From contig OZ024742.1 in the NCBI GenBank assembly GCA_964016885.1, forward strand, positions 348,192,001 through 348,256,000: a stretch of DNA of 64,000 nucleotides, given 5' to 3'. Each line of letters begins with the position of its first letter. Positions within the stretch are counted from its first letter, which is position 1. The notes beneath the pieces were generated by a model. That model did not search any database. It saw only the letters and a list, made by a program, of their open reading frames with translations, and was not told where the DNA came from. This DNA comes from Eledone cirrhosa. Its lineage: Eukaryota. Below are positions 1-13,189 of this stretch, piece after piece. The translations under genes were made by a program, and so were the position numbers.

Positions 1-69
1 CAAGTGGGACAACTCCCGTCCAACCCATGTTAGCGTGGAAGATGGACGTTAAACGACGATGATGATGAT
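1..69 (+). mobile_element. 3' end of RTE LINE or RTE-tailed SINE
   Basis: caagtggga...aacccatgttagcgtggaagatggacgttaaacgacgatgatgatgat matches the 3' end and (GAT)n tail of the RTE at 56841-56920. Confidence 0.8.
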
Positions 70-269
70 ACTGGGATAATTGCTGGCCTTGTGCCAAAAG
101 AAGACACAATTATTAGTAGTAGTATTAGTAGCAGTAGTATTAGTCTTTCTATATTGCTGTGTACACAAGTACATAGTGGGAGAGTGTGTAATAGAAAGTC
201 TGCATGTTTATCTGTCAAAAATAATATTGATATTGTACTTCAAAATAATAAACAAAATATGCATAAATA

Positions 270-690
270 TTAGAGACTATCAGGTCCCCCTCACATTAGA
301 GACTATCATGTCTCCCTCACATTAGAGACTATCATGTCCCCCTCACATTAGAGACTATCAGGTCCCCCTCACATTAGAGACTATCAGGTCCCCCTCACAT
401 TAGAGACTATCATGTCCCCCTCACATTAGAGACTATCATGTCCCCCTCACATTAGAGACTATCATGTCCCCCTCACATTAGAGACTATCATGTCTCCCTC
501 ACATTAGAGACTATCATGTCCCCCTCACATTAGAGACTATCATGTGACCCCTCACATTAGAGACTATCATGTGACCCCCCCCCCCACATTAGAGACTATC
601 ACCCCCCCCCACATTAGAGACTATCATGTCCCCCTCACATTAGAGACTATCATGTCCCCCCCCCCCATGAACATTAGAGATTATCATGTC
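270..690. repeat. 26-bp minisatellite (cacattagagactatcatgtccccct)n
   Basis: About 16 tandem units read directly. Confidence 0.95.
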
Positions 691-807
691 CTCCTCCCCT
701 TAACACAAACCAAAGGTTTGGGGTCTATATAAAGGACCAGTATTTTTTCCAATATTGTGTTGAGTCAGAAACATGGGGTGAATTGATATAATGAAGTACC
801 CGTTGAA

Positions 808-1070
808 AGGTAAATGGACTGACAGAATTATTAGGGCATCGGATTAAATACCTTGACCTCTGCCATATTTGTTCCGGCTTTCTACATTCTGAATTCAAAT
901 CCTAAAGGTCAACTTTGTCATCATACTTTTGAGGGGAAGGAAAGGAGGTTAATAAAATAATGACAGACCAGGGCCATGGATTACCGGAATTGTTAAACCA
1001 TTGGACAAGATACCTTGTAGTATTTGTTTCAGCTATTTGTGTTCTGAGTTCAAATTCTGTTGTGGTTTCA
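808..1070 (+). mobile_element. Two degenerate tRNA-derived SINE fragments
   Basis: B-box-like ctgaattcaaatcc and ctgagttcaaattc, similar to the SINE copies at 6530 and 38633. Confidence 0.55.
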
Positions 1071-1334
1071 TTTATTGCCAGGTTTAACATCAATACCACC
1101 CTTGATTGTTTTTGGTAGAGTCCACTGTTGTAAGCATCCAGGCAATGTTTCTAATTTAAAGATACCATCATCTTTTTCTCTTCCTCCAGTCTTGAAGTCT
1201 TCCAGTAAGGTCATAGACATTGTTCTTCCCCCACTGACTAAACAGTAACACACAACAACTCCTAAGTAACCTTGTTTCTTTATTGATTCCTTGCTAAAAT
1301 TGCTTCTTTTCCCTCTCAAGCAGCTAATATCTCT

Positions 1335-1860
1335 AGGGTCTACTAATCCTCAAAATATAAGGTTTGATGGACCTTATTTCACCTCTTCTAATATATAGTA
1401 TTTTGGGTCCCACATCCTCTGAAATATAAGGTCTATTGTATCTCACCTCATTGAAATATAGGGTCTGTTGGGCCCCACTTCTGAAATATAGGGTCTTTTG
1501 GGCCCCACTTCTGAAATATAGGTTTTTTTTTGGCTTTGCCTCTTTTAAAATATAGGGTCTATTGTACCCCACCTCTTCTAAAATATAGGGTTTGCTGGAT
1601 CTTACCTCACCTTTTCTAAATAGAATTTGTTGTTGTCCCTCACCTCTTCTAAAATATAGGGTTTGATGTACCTGATTTATTCTAAAATATAGGACCTGCT
1701 GGGCATTACTTCTAAAATATAGGGTTTGTTGAATAATCTCTTCTAAAATATAGGGCTGGTTGGGCCCAACCGTTTCTAAAATATAGGATTTGCTGGGCTC
1801 TATTTCTTCTAAAATATGAGGTTTAATGGACCCTATTTCTTCTAAAATATAGGGCCTGTA
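1335..1860. repeat. Degenerate ~39-bp minisatellite (core ttctaaaatataggg)
   Basis: The core recurs at about 39-bp spacing and explains the repetitive KPYILEE ORF. Confidence 0.85.
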
Positions 1861-2234
1861 ATGCTTTACCAAATGATACCAATATATATTCCAGTTACAT
1901 ATAAACTCCTGATCTCATGAACTCACTACACCCACATCTCATTTCTAAATTTAACAAGAGCCAAATTAATTAAAACCTATGAAAAATTTTTAATAATTAC
2001 AAATATTTTATTTTTTTTTTGTTCTTTCTATTTTTTTTGTTTTTGTTTTTCTCTTATAAAATTTTTAGTGTTTTTGTTGTTGTTCTTATTATTATTGTTA
2101 TCCTGGGTTAAAAATGAGTTTAAAACATCTGCCTGGATCTTTTAATGTATTGAGTGTGTGTGACAGCTCACACCTATGCAGGTTTAGCTGGCCTCCTCCA
2201 AGGTATATCTCGTTGGAGGTGTCTTGGGTGATTT

Positions 2235-2396
2235 AATGATAGGGACCCCAGTCCTATCATCTCATTTCTACAGCTGAGTAAACTGGAGCAACGTGAAATA
2301 AAATGTCTTGCTCAAGGAAACAACACATCACCCAGTCCGAGAATTTAACTCGCAACCTTTCGATTGCAAGCTCAAAGCTCGAACCACTAAGCCGCG
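2235..2396 (-). mobile_element. tRNA-derived SINE, second family (V/Meta-like core)
   Basis: Minus strand has a tRNA-like head followed by gtgttgtttccttgagcaagacatttt. Related pieces at about 9730-9835 and 37340-37445. Confidence 0.6.
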
Positions 2397-2790
2397 TGTG
2401 TGTGTGTGTGTGTATTTTATATATGAAAGAGAAAACGTGAGTATGTATGTTTGTATCAGAGCATATGTGTGTATGCTTGTGTGGGAGAGAGAACATGTAT
2501 ATGTATAATATACACATAGCTTGTGTATGTTTATGTGATTGTTTGCTTGTGTATGAGAGTATGTGTGTATGTTTGTGTGTGTATATATATATTTGTGTTT
2601 CTTTTATGTGAATGTATGTGTGTATATTTGTGTGACAGCATGTGTGTCACATGTCTGTGTCACGTGTGTGTGTTGTGTGTGTGACAGCATGTGTGTGTGT
2701 CACATGTCTGTGTCACGTGTGTGTTGTGTGTGTCACATATTTGTGTCACGTGTGTGTTATGTGTGTGACAGCAGGTGTCGTGTGTGTCTT
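2396..2790. repeat. (TG)n-rich low-complexity tract
   Basis: Direct reading. Confidence 0.9.
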
Positions 2791-2846
2791 GTTTATGGAT
2801 GCTGAACTTAAATTTTATGTTTCTGTCATATGACATTTCTCAATCA

Positions 2847-3658
2847 AACCTCACAACTGTCTCTGTCATATGACAGTTGCGTCCTAACCTCACAACTATA
2901 TCTGTTGTATGTGAAGTGTCCTAACCTCACAACTATATCTGTGGTATGTGAAGTGTCCTAACCTCACAACTATATCTATTGTATGTGAAGTGTCCTAACC
3001 TCACAACTATATCTGTGGTATGTGAAGTGTCCTAACCTCACAACTATATCTGTGGTATGTGAAGTGTCCTAACCTCACAACTATATCTGTGGTATGTGAA
3101 GTGTCCTAACCTCACAACTATATCTGTGGTATGTGAAGTGTCCTAACCTCACAACTATATCTGTTGTATGTGAAGTGTCCTAACCTCACAACTATATCTG
3201 TGGTATGTGAAGTGTCCTAACCTCACAACTATATCTGTTGTATGTGAAGTGTCCTAACCTCACAACTATATCTGTGGTATGTGAAGTGTCCTAACCTCAC
3301 AACTATATCTGTTGTATGTGAAGTGTCCTAACCTCACAACTATATCTGTTGTATGTGAAGTGTCCTAACCTCACAACTATATCTGTGGTATGTGAAGTGT
3401 CCTAACCTCACAACTATATCTGTGGTATGTGAAGTGTCCTAACCTCACAACTATATCTGTGGTATGTGAAGTGTCCTAACCTCACAACTGTATCTGTTGT
3501 ATGTGAAGTGTCCTAACCTCACAACTATATCTGTGGTATGTGAAGTGTCGTAACCTCACAACTATATCTGTGGTATGTGAAGTGTCCTAACCTCACAACT
3601 ATATCTGTGGTATGTGAAGTGTCCTAACCTCACAACTATATCTGTGGTATGTGAAGTA
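2847..3658. repeat. 37-bp minisatellite (aacctcacaactatatctgtggtatgtgaagtgtcct)n
   Basis: About 22 near-identical units; the first unit is diverged. Confidence 0.97.
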
Positions 3659-3762
3659 TTGTAAGTTCAGGACTATGGATTAAGAGACAAGTCACATGTC
3701 TGTTACAAACAATTTTGATAAAAACATAAAATATCTGATGAATTATTTTGATAAAAAAATAT

Positions 3763-3950
3763 GGAGAAGTGTTGGCAGAATTGGTAGAGCATCGGAACAA
3801 ATGCTTTATGGTATTTAGTTACAACTTTCTACATTCTGAGGTCAACTTTCCCTGTCATCCTTCTGGAGTCAATAAAATAAAGTACCTGTCAATATTATTG
3901 ATTTTCCATTTTCCTCAAATTGCTGGCCTTGTGCCAATGTTAGAATTATA
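3763..3950 (+). mobile_element. tRNA-derived SINE with Nin/Deu-like core
   Basis: A-box-like tggcagaattgg, core gtcaactttccctgtcatccttctggagtcaataaaataaagtacc, and tail tgctggccttgtgcc. Confidence 0.75.
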
Positions 3951-4241
3951 TTGAGTGAAATGCTACATGGTTAGAAAGAATTATATTGAGTGAAATGCTA
4001 CATAGTTATAAACCATGGAAGTCATACAACCGTCAGATAGTATTAGCAATTAGAAAGACGAACGGAAACATTGTTCCCTCAGTTCGATTTGATGAGTGCC
4101 ATCCCATTTGTTAAGTGAATGAGCAGGTCTGGGATCTTATCGATTGACTCTCGACACACACACGCACCGCACCGCACTCGTGCACTCGCTCGCGCGCACA
4201 CACACACACTCTCTCTCCCATTAGCTCAATCAATTTTATGT

Positions 4242-4398
4242 ACTATAATATAGTTGAATACAATAAGGAAATATAACCCCCTTGAAATGAACAAAAAAGG
4301 GAACAGAATCAGGCAAGTTTTACTTCATGCAGTTGATTCTGTTCCCCTTTTTTCCATCTCAAGGGGTTATATCCGATTTTATTCAACTATATTATAGT
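4242..4398. mobile_element. Palindromic MITE-like hairpin element
   Basis: Arms actataatatagttgaata...aacccccttgaaatg...gggaacagaatca and tgattctgttccc...catctcaaggggtt...tattcaactatattatagt are inverted complements. Confidence 0.75.
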
Positions 4399-4454
4399 TA
4401 ATGTGCTGTAGAAACCTTTGTATTAAGCAAAACATACTCTTGAACTGTATAGTT

Positions 4455-6290
4455 ATAATAATAATGAAATTATTGTGTACAATGCTCAGGTGCACTACAA
4501 CTCATCAATCAAAGGTGCATGTATAATACATAGAATAATGTATAAATGTCAGGGAAGCGAACAATGTTAGAATCATGAAATACATGTGTGCGTGTGTATG
4601 GAGGAGGATATCAGGTGTAGTGTTGGCAAATTTCAGGAAGCATGGAGATTTTAAAGGATGCAGTGTCTCAACAGCTAACAACTGATGTAGGTAGTTTGTT
4701 CCATGCTTCAGCAACTCTGAGCGTGAAAGTCATGGGAGATGCGCTGTTTTCTAACTTTGTAGGCATGCCCACGTGTGTTAGACACATGGAAATCAAAAAG
4801 GTGCTCAGGGTTGTTGTTTGCAAGATCGTTAATGATTTTGTGGGTGTTTACCAAGTCAGTTGCCAGACGTCGGAGCTTCAATGTATCCATAGCTCGGGAA
4901 GCAAGATGTTCAGAGTATAGTAGATGCCTGATGGAGGGCATTCGCTTGGTTGCACATCTCTGAACTGTTTCCACGAGGTCAATGTTCTGAGCAAGATAGG
5001 GGATCCAGACTGGTGATGCAAATTCTAAGTGTGGCCGCACCATAGCTATATACAGCTTTAAATAGATAGCTGGAGAGTGGCTGACAAAGGTCTTGCTGAG
5101 TGATGCCAAGACACCCTCAGCCTTATTGACAATTTTAGAGATGTGTTTTGTCCAACACAAATTGCTGCTGACAATAATGCCAAGGTCACATTCACAAGAA
5201 GACTTCCTGATATTAGTGTTGTGGAGTGAGTATGTGAATGCTGAGTTTTTCCTCCCAAAATGCATGGTGGTACACTTGTCCACAGCCAGCTTGAGTTGCC
5301 AGTTCATTATCCATTGCTGCATTGTGTCCAGGTCTGATTGCAGGAAAGATCTATAGTGTTCAGGATCTGTCCTTTTTATCTCGAAGTACAGCTTGATGTC
5401 GTCTGTATATTTCAGCACTGTGACATTTTTTTAAGTTGGCATCTATGCAACAAACAAAAGGGGACCAAGAACAGATCCCTGTGGTACACCAAATGACATC
5501 CCATATGGTGAAGAATGCTGTCCTAGAACCGTGACTACTTTTTTTCGACTGAGAATGAAGGACTTCAACCAGTTAAAAAGATCATCTCTCACACCCATTG
5601 CGGAGAGTTTTGCCATAAGTCTTTTGTGTAGCACAGAATTAAAAACTTTAGCAAAGTCAAGGTAAACAACATTCACCCATGAGCTGCCATCAGTGATCTG
5701 GGTGATGTCTTCAAGAAACTCAATAAGTTGATCGCAGCAGCTGGAGTTAGGGATATATATGAATTGCGAGGGCTGGATAATACTGAGAATTCCAGAAGTT
5801 CCAAAGTGTTTCTCTGACACAGGATTCCATCAGTTTGGCAATGCAGCTAGTAAGACTGACTGGATGATAGGTGACAGGTGACGTGTGGTCACCTGTTTTG
5901 AAAAGAGAAATGACACTGGCAGTTTTCCACTGCTCCAGAGTAGCACCGTTGTTCAGACAGAATTGGAAGAAGAGTGAAAGCTGGTGCAGAAGGGAGTATC
6001 CGCCACGTTTGACGAGCAGGTATGTAACACCACCAAGACCAGGAGAGGCATGGTTGCATTTATTCTTAAGGTGATGTTGCAGCATTGCAGGTGTAAATTC
6101 CATCGTTATAGAATTTGTTGTCAGAGGGGGTCGTCAGTAAGCTGGTTTGTGTGGGGATTGCAAAGAGGAACAACTGGAGAGTGAGGTCTCTGTTTTGAAT
6201 GTACATATTCCCAGAACACCTTACTGTCAGGGCTGGTTGCAATGTGCTGTTCAAATTCAAGCAGTGCTTTTTTTGTCACCTGCTTGAGAT
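4455..6290 (-). mobile_element. CR1-clade LINE, 5'-truncated, frameshifted RT
   Basis: RT motifs YHPVSLTS, YLDFAKVFNSV, GVPQGSVLGPLLF, KYTDDIKL, VRPHLEFASPVW; 3' end with (ATT)n tail. Confidence 0.92.
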
Positions 6291-6294
6291 GGTT

Positions 6295-6480
6295 GATGAT
6301 TAATTATATTGATTAAAATACTGTCTGATTGATTGGTTTTATTGATTAAAATATTGTCTGATTGATTGGTTTTATTGATTAAAATACTGTAATTGATTGA
6401 CTTTATTAATTAAAATATTGTCTGATTGAGTATATTGATTAAATATTGTGCGATTGGTTTTTAACAATATTTTAAGATGA
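6295..6480. repeat. Degenerate ~33-bp tandem repeat (attgattaaaatactgtctgattgattggtttt), second block at 7335-7475
   Basis: The same motif occurs in two blocks separated by inserted sequence. Confidence 0.75.
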
Positions 6481-6529
6481 TTTTTACATGTCACCAGTGA
6501 AACAGTTAAGAATAATAATAGATAATAGT

Positions 6530-6703
6530 TGGTGGATTGGCAGTATCGGTAGAAGGTCAGACGCCATGCTTTCCCTTTACGATCTGAGTTCAAATCCCGC
6601 CGAGGTTGACTTTGCCTTTCATCCTTACGGGGTCGATAAAATAAAGTACCAGTAATGCACTGGGTATTTGCTGGCTTTGTGCCTAAAGTAGAAACAATTA
6701 TTT
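6530..6703 (+). mobile_element. tRNA-derived SINE with Nin/Deu-like core
   Basis: A box tggcagtatcgg, B box gagttcaaatcc, core gactttgcctttcatccttacggggtcgataaaataaagtacc. Confidence 0.85.
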
Positions 6704-7534
6704 GTATATTGTGTATCAACAGAAGTCACCATTTTAGATGTATAGTAATACTTTTAGCAGCGAGTAATATGTAACCAGAATATGTAACAATGTATATTTG
6801 TTTGTAATTGGAAAGGTATGGTTTGTTATATCAATAAATGTAAGTTGAATTGAGGTTCGGCTGTAAGTCTTGAGCTGTTTTTGCTGTGAATATAACTCTG
6901 GAAAAAATCTTTCCATATCACATTTAAGAGCAATGGCTGTGGTAAATAGCATCACAAGACTTTAGCATGTTTTTATACGATTTATTAACAAAGATGAGAA
7001 GAGCTGGATTAAGCTTGGTTGGCATGCCAAAATAAATGAAACAAACATAATTAAGGTTTCTGAAAACACGGTCTACTGGCTGAGTTGAGAAGCCAGGCCA
7101 TGGTTAACTTGTCGTGTTACATAATGGCTCTTAGTTGCGGAGCAAAATAAGAATAGGTGTTTACCTTATGCAGTCGACGCACAAAGAGATCTAATTTCTT
7201 AAAAGAAGCGGGAAATTCTTCATTTGGGTGGAAGTTGAAAATATATATCCATACACGGATAACGATTGGCTTAACTTAGCTGAATCACGTACGGAAAGGG
7301 TATCAATGCGCCAAAGGAAAGTAGCTTGCTACAGGTTTTATTGATTAAAATACTCTGATTGAGTATATTGCTGCGGTCTGATTGAGTATATTGATTGAAC
7401 TGTTGTCTGATTGGTTATATTGATTAGACTGTTGTCTCATTCATTATTTTGATTAAACTGTTGTCTGATTGATAAATTTTAAAATAGTATCAAAACACAT
7501 CAGTGACCTTTAACAAAGTAAAACCATTAAAAAC

Positions 7535-9246
7535 TTACTGTGTAACTGTGTGTAATATTGTGTAATGCTGTGTATTAATGTGTTACTGTGTGTAATATTG
7601 TGTAATACTGTGTATTAATGTGTTACTGTGTGTAATATTGTGTAATACTGTGTATTACTGTGTGTAATATTGTATGTTACTGTGTGTAATATTGTGTAAT
7701 ACTGTGTGTTAATGTGTTACTGTGTGTAATACTGTGTATTAATGTGTTACTGGGTGTAATACTGTGTATTAATGTGTGTAATGCTGTGTATTACTGTGTT
7801 ACTGTGTGTAATACTGTGTATAAATCTGTGTTACTGTGTGTAATGCTGTGTATTACTGTGTTACTGTGTGTAATACTGTGTATTAATGTGTTACTGTGTG
7901 TAATACTGTGTATTAATGTTACTGTGTGTAATATTGTGTATAACTGTGTCTTAATGTGTTACTGTATGTAATACTGTGTAATGCTGTGTATTAATGTGTT
8001 ACTGTGTTATACTTTGTAATACTGTGTGTAATACTGTGTATTAATGTTACTGTGTGTAATATTGTGTATAACTGTGTCTTAATGTGTTACTGTATGTAAT
8101 ACTGTGTAATGCTGTGTATTAATGTGTTACTGTGTGTAATACTGTGTAATGCTGTGTATTAATGTGTTACTGTGTGTAATGCTGTGTGTTAATGTGTTAC
8201 TGTGTGTAATACTGTGTAATACTGTATTAATGTGTTACTGTGTAATACTGTGTGTTAATGTGTTGCTGTGTGAAATACTGTGTAATACTGTGTTAATGTG
8301 TGTAATTCTGTGTATTACTGTGTAATACTGTGTATTACTGTGTAATAATGTGTATTAATGTGTTACTGTGTGTAACACTGTGTGTTAATGTGTTACTGTG
8401 TGTAATACTGTGTAACACTGTGTAATACTGTGTAACACTGTGTGTTAATGTGTTACTGTGTGTAATACTGTGTTACTGTGTGTAATACTGTAATACTGTG
8501 TTACTGTGTGTAATACTGTGTAATACTGTGTAACACTGTGTTAATGTGTTACTGTGTGTAATACTGTGTAATACTGTGTTACTGTGTGTAATACTGTGTA
8601 ATACTGTGTTACTGTGTGTAATACTGTGTTACTGTGTGTAATACTGTGTGTTACCGTGTGTAATACTGTGTTACTGTGTGTAATACTGTGTAATACTGTG
8701 TTACTGTGTGTAATACTGTGTAATACTGTGTCTTGATGTGTTACTGTGTGTAATACTGTGTAACACTGTGTGTTAATGTGTTACTGTGTGTAATACTGTG
8801 TAATACTGTGTAATACTGTGTTACTGTGTGTAATACTGTGTAATACTGTGTGTAATACTGTGTAATACTGTATTAATGTGTTACTGTGTGTAATACTGTG
8901 TAATACTGTGTGTAATACTGTGTAATACTGTGTTACTGTGTAATACTGTGTTACTGTGTGTAATACTGTGTAATACTGTGTTACTGTGTGTAATACTGTG
9001 TAATACTGTGTATTAATGTGTTACTGTGTGTAATACTGTATAATGCTGTGTATTAATGTGTTACTGTGTGTAATACTGTGTAATGCTGTGTATTAATGTG
9101 TTACTGTGTGTAATACTGTGTATTACTGTGTAATAATGTGTATTAATGTGTTACTGTGTGTGTACTGTGTGTAATACTGTGTAACACTGTGTATTAATGT
9201 GTTACTGTGTGTAATACTGTGTAATACTGTGTGTAATACTGTGTAA
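7535..9246. repeat. Short-period satellite built on (tactgtgtaa)/(tactgtgtgtaa)
   Basis: Direct reading. Confidence 0.95.
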
Positions 9247-10271
9247 AGCTGGGGGTTAGAGACCCCACTTGAATACTGACTTGTGTACTGAAATGGTCAT
9301 TAAACAATGATGATGATGATGTATAGTTCATCCGATGGGCATCTAAACAGTTTCTGTCTACCCAATTTCACTGAAAAGGCTTGGATCGACCGAAGACTAT
9401 GGTAAACAATATTTGGCAAAGATGCCTCGAACCTGGAACTTTATGATTACAAAGTGAACTTCTTAACCATTAGACTATACTGCTATTTACAGTAATGATG
9501 ATAATATAACTTGATAATGAGGATATATGTCACCCCCGGCTCTTGTGTTGGACCTCCATTGGTTTCAACGATGAGGCTTCCTGTTGTTCGAACAATGGAA
9601 CAGACTGTTTATGAAATTAATGTGCAAGTGGCTGAGCATTCCACAAACAAGCACCCATAATGTAGTTCTTAAGGATATTCACCTTGACACAGTGAGTTAT
9701 TAGGCTGTCCTTTTATATTACAGGTATAACCTATTTTTGTCAGCTGAGTAGACTGGAGCAACATGACATAATGTGGTACTGCTGGGAATTTAACTCAGGA
9801 CCCTACAATTGTCAGCCTTACACTCTAATTATGTGCCTAATTCTCCCAGTTTGGCAAGCTAAACAAATTTAGTATATTTTTATACTTCTTGCTTTGACCA
9901 CTAAGCCTGCATTGTCTACTACACAGCCCACATTCAACCATTCCATAGCATGCAACCCTTGCCACCGCTGTGCGCATTTTTACACACTGTTACCTGGCAA
10001 AAATATTTAGTGATTTTGATGACAGTATCACCATCATCATCATCATCATTTTACGTCCGCTTTTCCCTGCTTGCAAGGGTGGGACGAGTCCTATTCAACA
10101 CCGTATCTCTCCACTTGTCATGGTCCTTCGTCATCTCTTCCGTGAGTTTCAGCCATCTGAGGTCTGCTTTTCCCACCTCCGCCCATGTTTTTCTATTATA
10201 TATAATCTATTATATATCTATTTTGTTCATGTAAATTGGTATAAAACTACACTCTAACTGCTGAGCCACAT

Positions 10272-10560
10272 ATCATCATCATCATCATCATCACCGTTTT
10301 ACGTCAGTTCTTCCACGCTAGCATGGGTTAGACGGGTTGTCCTGTTGTGGGCAGTGTCCAGTCGGCTGACCTTGTCTTGCTCATACGGGAACTGATTCTG
10401 GCTTCATTTCTACAGCTGGATGCCCTTCCTAACACCAACCTCATTTACAGTGAGTGCTGGGTGCTTTTTTTACGTGGTGCCTACACGTCTACTTTACAGT
10501 GTGAGCTGGGTGCTTTTTTGCTGTGGCACCTCCACGACCACTTTGCAGTGGGGGTTGGGG
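10272..10560 (-). mobile_element. RTE 3'UTR fragment or RTE-tailed SINE
   Basis: (CAT)n tail then ttccacgctagcatgggtt...gctggatgcccttcctaacaccaacc, as in the RTE 3' ends at 30140 and 47985. Confidence 0.8.
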
Positions 10561-10899
10561 GCATATTGTCTATATGCTTCAGCTTCGGCTTGTACCCGTG
10601 GGAAGTCAGGTCTTCTGTATAGTCGGGTTTTCTGTTGTCACATGTTGATAAATAGTAAGGTTTTATTTTATTGACAAATTAACCCTTTTGTCACCATATT
10701 TCCAACAAAGACACTGTTTATGGTTTTTAACTAATTTTGAAAATAATAAAAAATTTGGTGTTGCCTTTCACCCTTCCAAGATAAAAAAAAAATCAAGTAC
10801 CAGTCATGTGCTGGGGGTCGATATAATTGACTTTCGCCTGCCAACAAATTGTTGGCCTTGTGCCTAAATTAGAAATCATTGTTACTAAGTTATTAGGGA

Positions 10900-11092
10900 C
10901 AGTGGATTGGCAGTAATCGGTAGTGTGTCAGACACTATGCTTTGCAGCATAGAGTTATGGCTCTTTACCTTCTGAGTTCAAGTCCCACCGAGGTTAGCTT
11001 TGCCTTCCTCCTTAAGAAGTCGATAAAATAAAGTACCAGTAATGTACTGGGATAATTGCTGGCCTTGTGCCAACAGTAGAAACAATTATTAC
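10900..11092 (+). mobile_element. Nin/Deu-like tRNA SINE (partial copy just upstream at 10757-10885)
   Basis: A box, B box and core match the copy at 38633. Confidence 0.85.
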
Positions 11093-11179
11093 TAAGTTAT
11101 TCAAGAAGTTTTATTATTCACAGTTGTATAAATAACATTACAAATGTTAATGATTCTTACAGAATGAAAATATAAACAG

Positions 11180-11350
11180 AAATAATTGTTTCTACTTTTG
11201 GCACAAGGCCAGCAATTACCCCCCAGTGCATTACTGGTACTTTATTTTATCGACCTCGTAAGGATGAAAGGCAAAGTTGACCATAAAGAGGCATAACTCT
11301 ATGCTGGAAAGCATGGCGTCCGACCCTCTACCGATACTGACAATTCACTG
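11180..11350 (-). mobile_element. Nin/Deu-like tRNA SINE, inverted relative to the 10900 copy
   Basis: Reverse complement of the family consensus: aattgtttctacttttggcacaaggccagc...ggtactttattttatcgacc. Confidence 0.85.
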
Positions 11351-11722
11351 CCCTGAAATAATAAATATAATTCTCTATTCTTTCAGCCATAGCCATAGGG
11401 CAGGCAGCTCATGGGCCCCATTTGTTTATAATAGCCAGAGAGATGGAGGCAGTGACAATGGGAATTTGATTCCATTATGTTCAGACATAGTATATATGTA
11501 TATATTTATTTACCACACCACCATATACACTGCACCTACGAGCTAGAAGATATTAATTATTGCTAGGAACCTCACAAATATAATGCACAGAAATATATGA
11601 TGAAAGGTTGTTTGGAACATAACTTTAAAAAGGTTCTTATATAAAATTATGATGGAAGTTTGTTCATATAAATATAAACACTTTAAAATAAACAGTTTTC
11701 ATTCATCATCATCATCGTTTAA

Positions 11723-11931
11723 CCCTTTACTCTATATATACTATTATATTTTCACAGTAAACACTTTACCTGACACAATTATCTCACATAATATCGAATC
11801 TATGAGATTCTGATTTTATTTATTTTGAGAACAATACCTTAACATCAGTATGAGCAGCCAGTTATGGCCGGTTTGAACAGAAAGAGGTGAGAGAATTTTG
11901 GCCAGATAGAGCCGGTTTAAATGCTAAAGGG
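11723..11931. mobile_element. piggyBac-type MITE, copy 1
   Basis: TTAA|cccttta...taaatgctaaaggg|TTAA; internal sequence is the reverse complement of 14094-14314. Confidence 0.85.
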
Positions 11932-13189
11932 TTAATGTCCATTTTCCACGCTAGCATGGGTAGGTCTGGTAGAATCATGAGTGACTTTAGGTGGTTTCAC
12001 TGGTACTTTATTTTATCGACTGCGAAAGGATGAAAGACAGAGTTGACCTCGGCAGGATTTGAACTCAATTCTGTTTCTTTTGTTATGTTGTGATTATAAC
12101 ATTGTAAGGATAGGGAAATAGCAGTATCGTTAGAGTGACGGATAAAATGATTTGTGGCATTTGTTCTTGCTCTTTACATTCTGAGTATTGTAAGTCCAAC
12201 ACCCTTACCACTTGGCCATGTAAATACTAAAGAGTTAAAGAAAGTCTGATCCATGATAACATGAGGAGACCATTGCCACTAGGAAACAAGTTCATTATGT
12301 GAAGGAAACGTTTAATAATAATCCACGGAACTTTATCAACAACAGAGGTAGGTCTCAAAATTTATGTTCAGAACTGTTGAAATTCATTGCAAAATCACTG
12401 AACATCTCATCACATAATTGTTTGCTTTGAGATTCTGTGTGAATATATATTTTGTGTTAAATGTTGAACATTTACCATTATTGTTGGCTTGTCTTCCTAC
12501 AGTAGCATAGGATGGTTGTGAGGGTACTTGGCTATTTTATTGTCTTCTTTTTCTTGAGTCATCTCTCTTTCATGGTTAAGGTCACATCTAGCAGTGTGTA
12601 ATTGGTATAAAGATCTGACTGATAAAATAACAAGTCAGTCAATCATATTGGGGGCCTCCCCACAGCCCCGGCAGACAGAATGGAGAAGGTGTTTCCCTGG
12701 AGGACAGCAAGGGAGATGTGTTGGAAAAGCCATTCCAGCTTGCGAGGCTCACACCTGCGGCTGGCCAGCTCAGCGCCTCTCTTTCATAGGTGAAGCATTC
12801 ACTTTGCTTTTTCTAATAGCTAGAATATATGTGGCTCTTCACACCTGCATAAATATCCACACCACTGATGTTGCCCAAGGGAAAGGCAGAATGGCTATGA
12901 CTAGAATGCTCTTGGTATTTGCCCTGTATGGTTAAGGCTGAGCTGTAGCTAAACAACACCAACATAACAAACTGATTGTTGAGTCAATGAGGAAGTCTTT
13001 ATGTGGTTACTTGAGCCACTATAAATGTTGCTTTATGTACACATGGACCTGTAATCCCTGGTGGAGTCGTAAGGACTCTATAGTGACATATGGCATTTAA
13101 AACCTACCAGAGCCCTTCCCCTCACCATGTCTGAACACAGCCGATTTCTCAGAGAGAGAGAGAAATATAGAGTAAGAATCAACATCAAT

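Noticed and set aside
1333-1872. 179-aa repetitive ORF
   Set aside because: Degenerate 39-bp minisatellite whose frame switches between repeat registers.
2847-3658. 37-bp repeats resembling a CRISPR array in length
   Set aside because: Head-to-tail with no spacers, no cas genes, and a eukaryotic context.
6530-6610. tRNA-like A/B boxes here and in similar copies
   Set aside because: These are SINE heads; no complete cloverleaf is evident.
6960-7335. Possible very decayed LINE C-terminus (DWLNLAESR)
   Set aside because: Too degenerate to assign from sequence alone.
12355-12434. Possible minus-strand terminal exon (cacacag|..SQSKQLCDEMFSDFAMNFNSSEHKF*)
   Set aside because: Weak polypyrimidine tract, no recognisable homology and no partner exons; would need RNA evidence.
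12640-12970. GC-richer segment with a (CAA)-like tail, and a similarly unassigned segment at 50095-50430
   Set aside because: Probably interspersed repeats, but I cannot assign a family or boundaries without a search.
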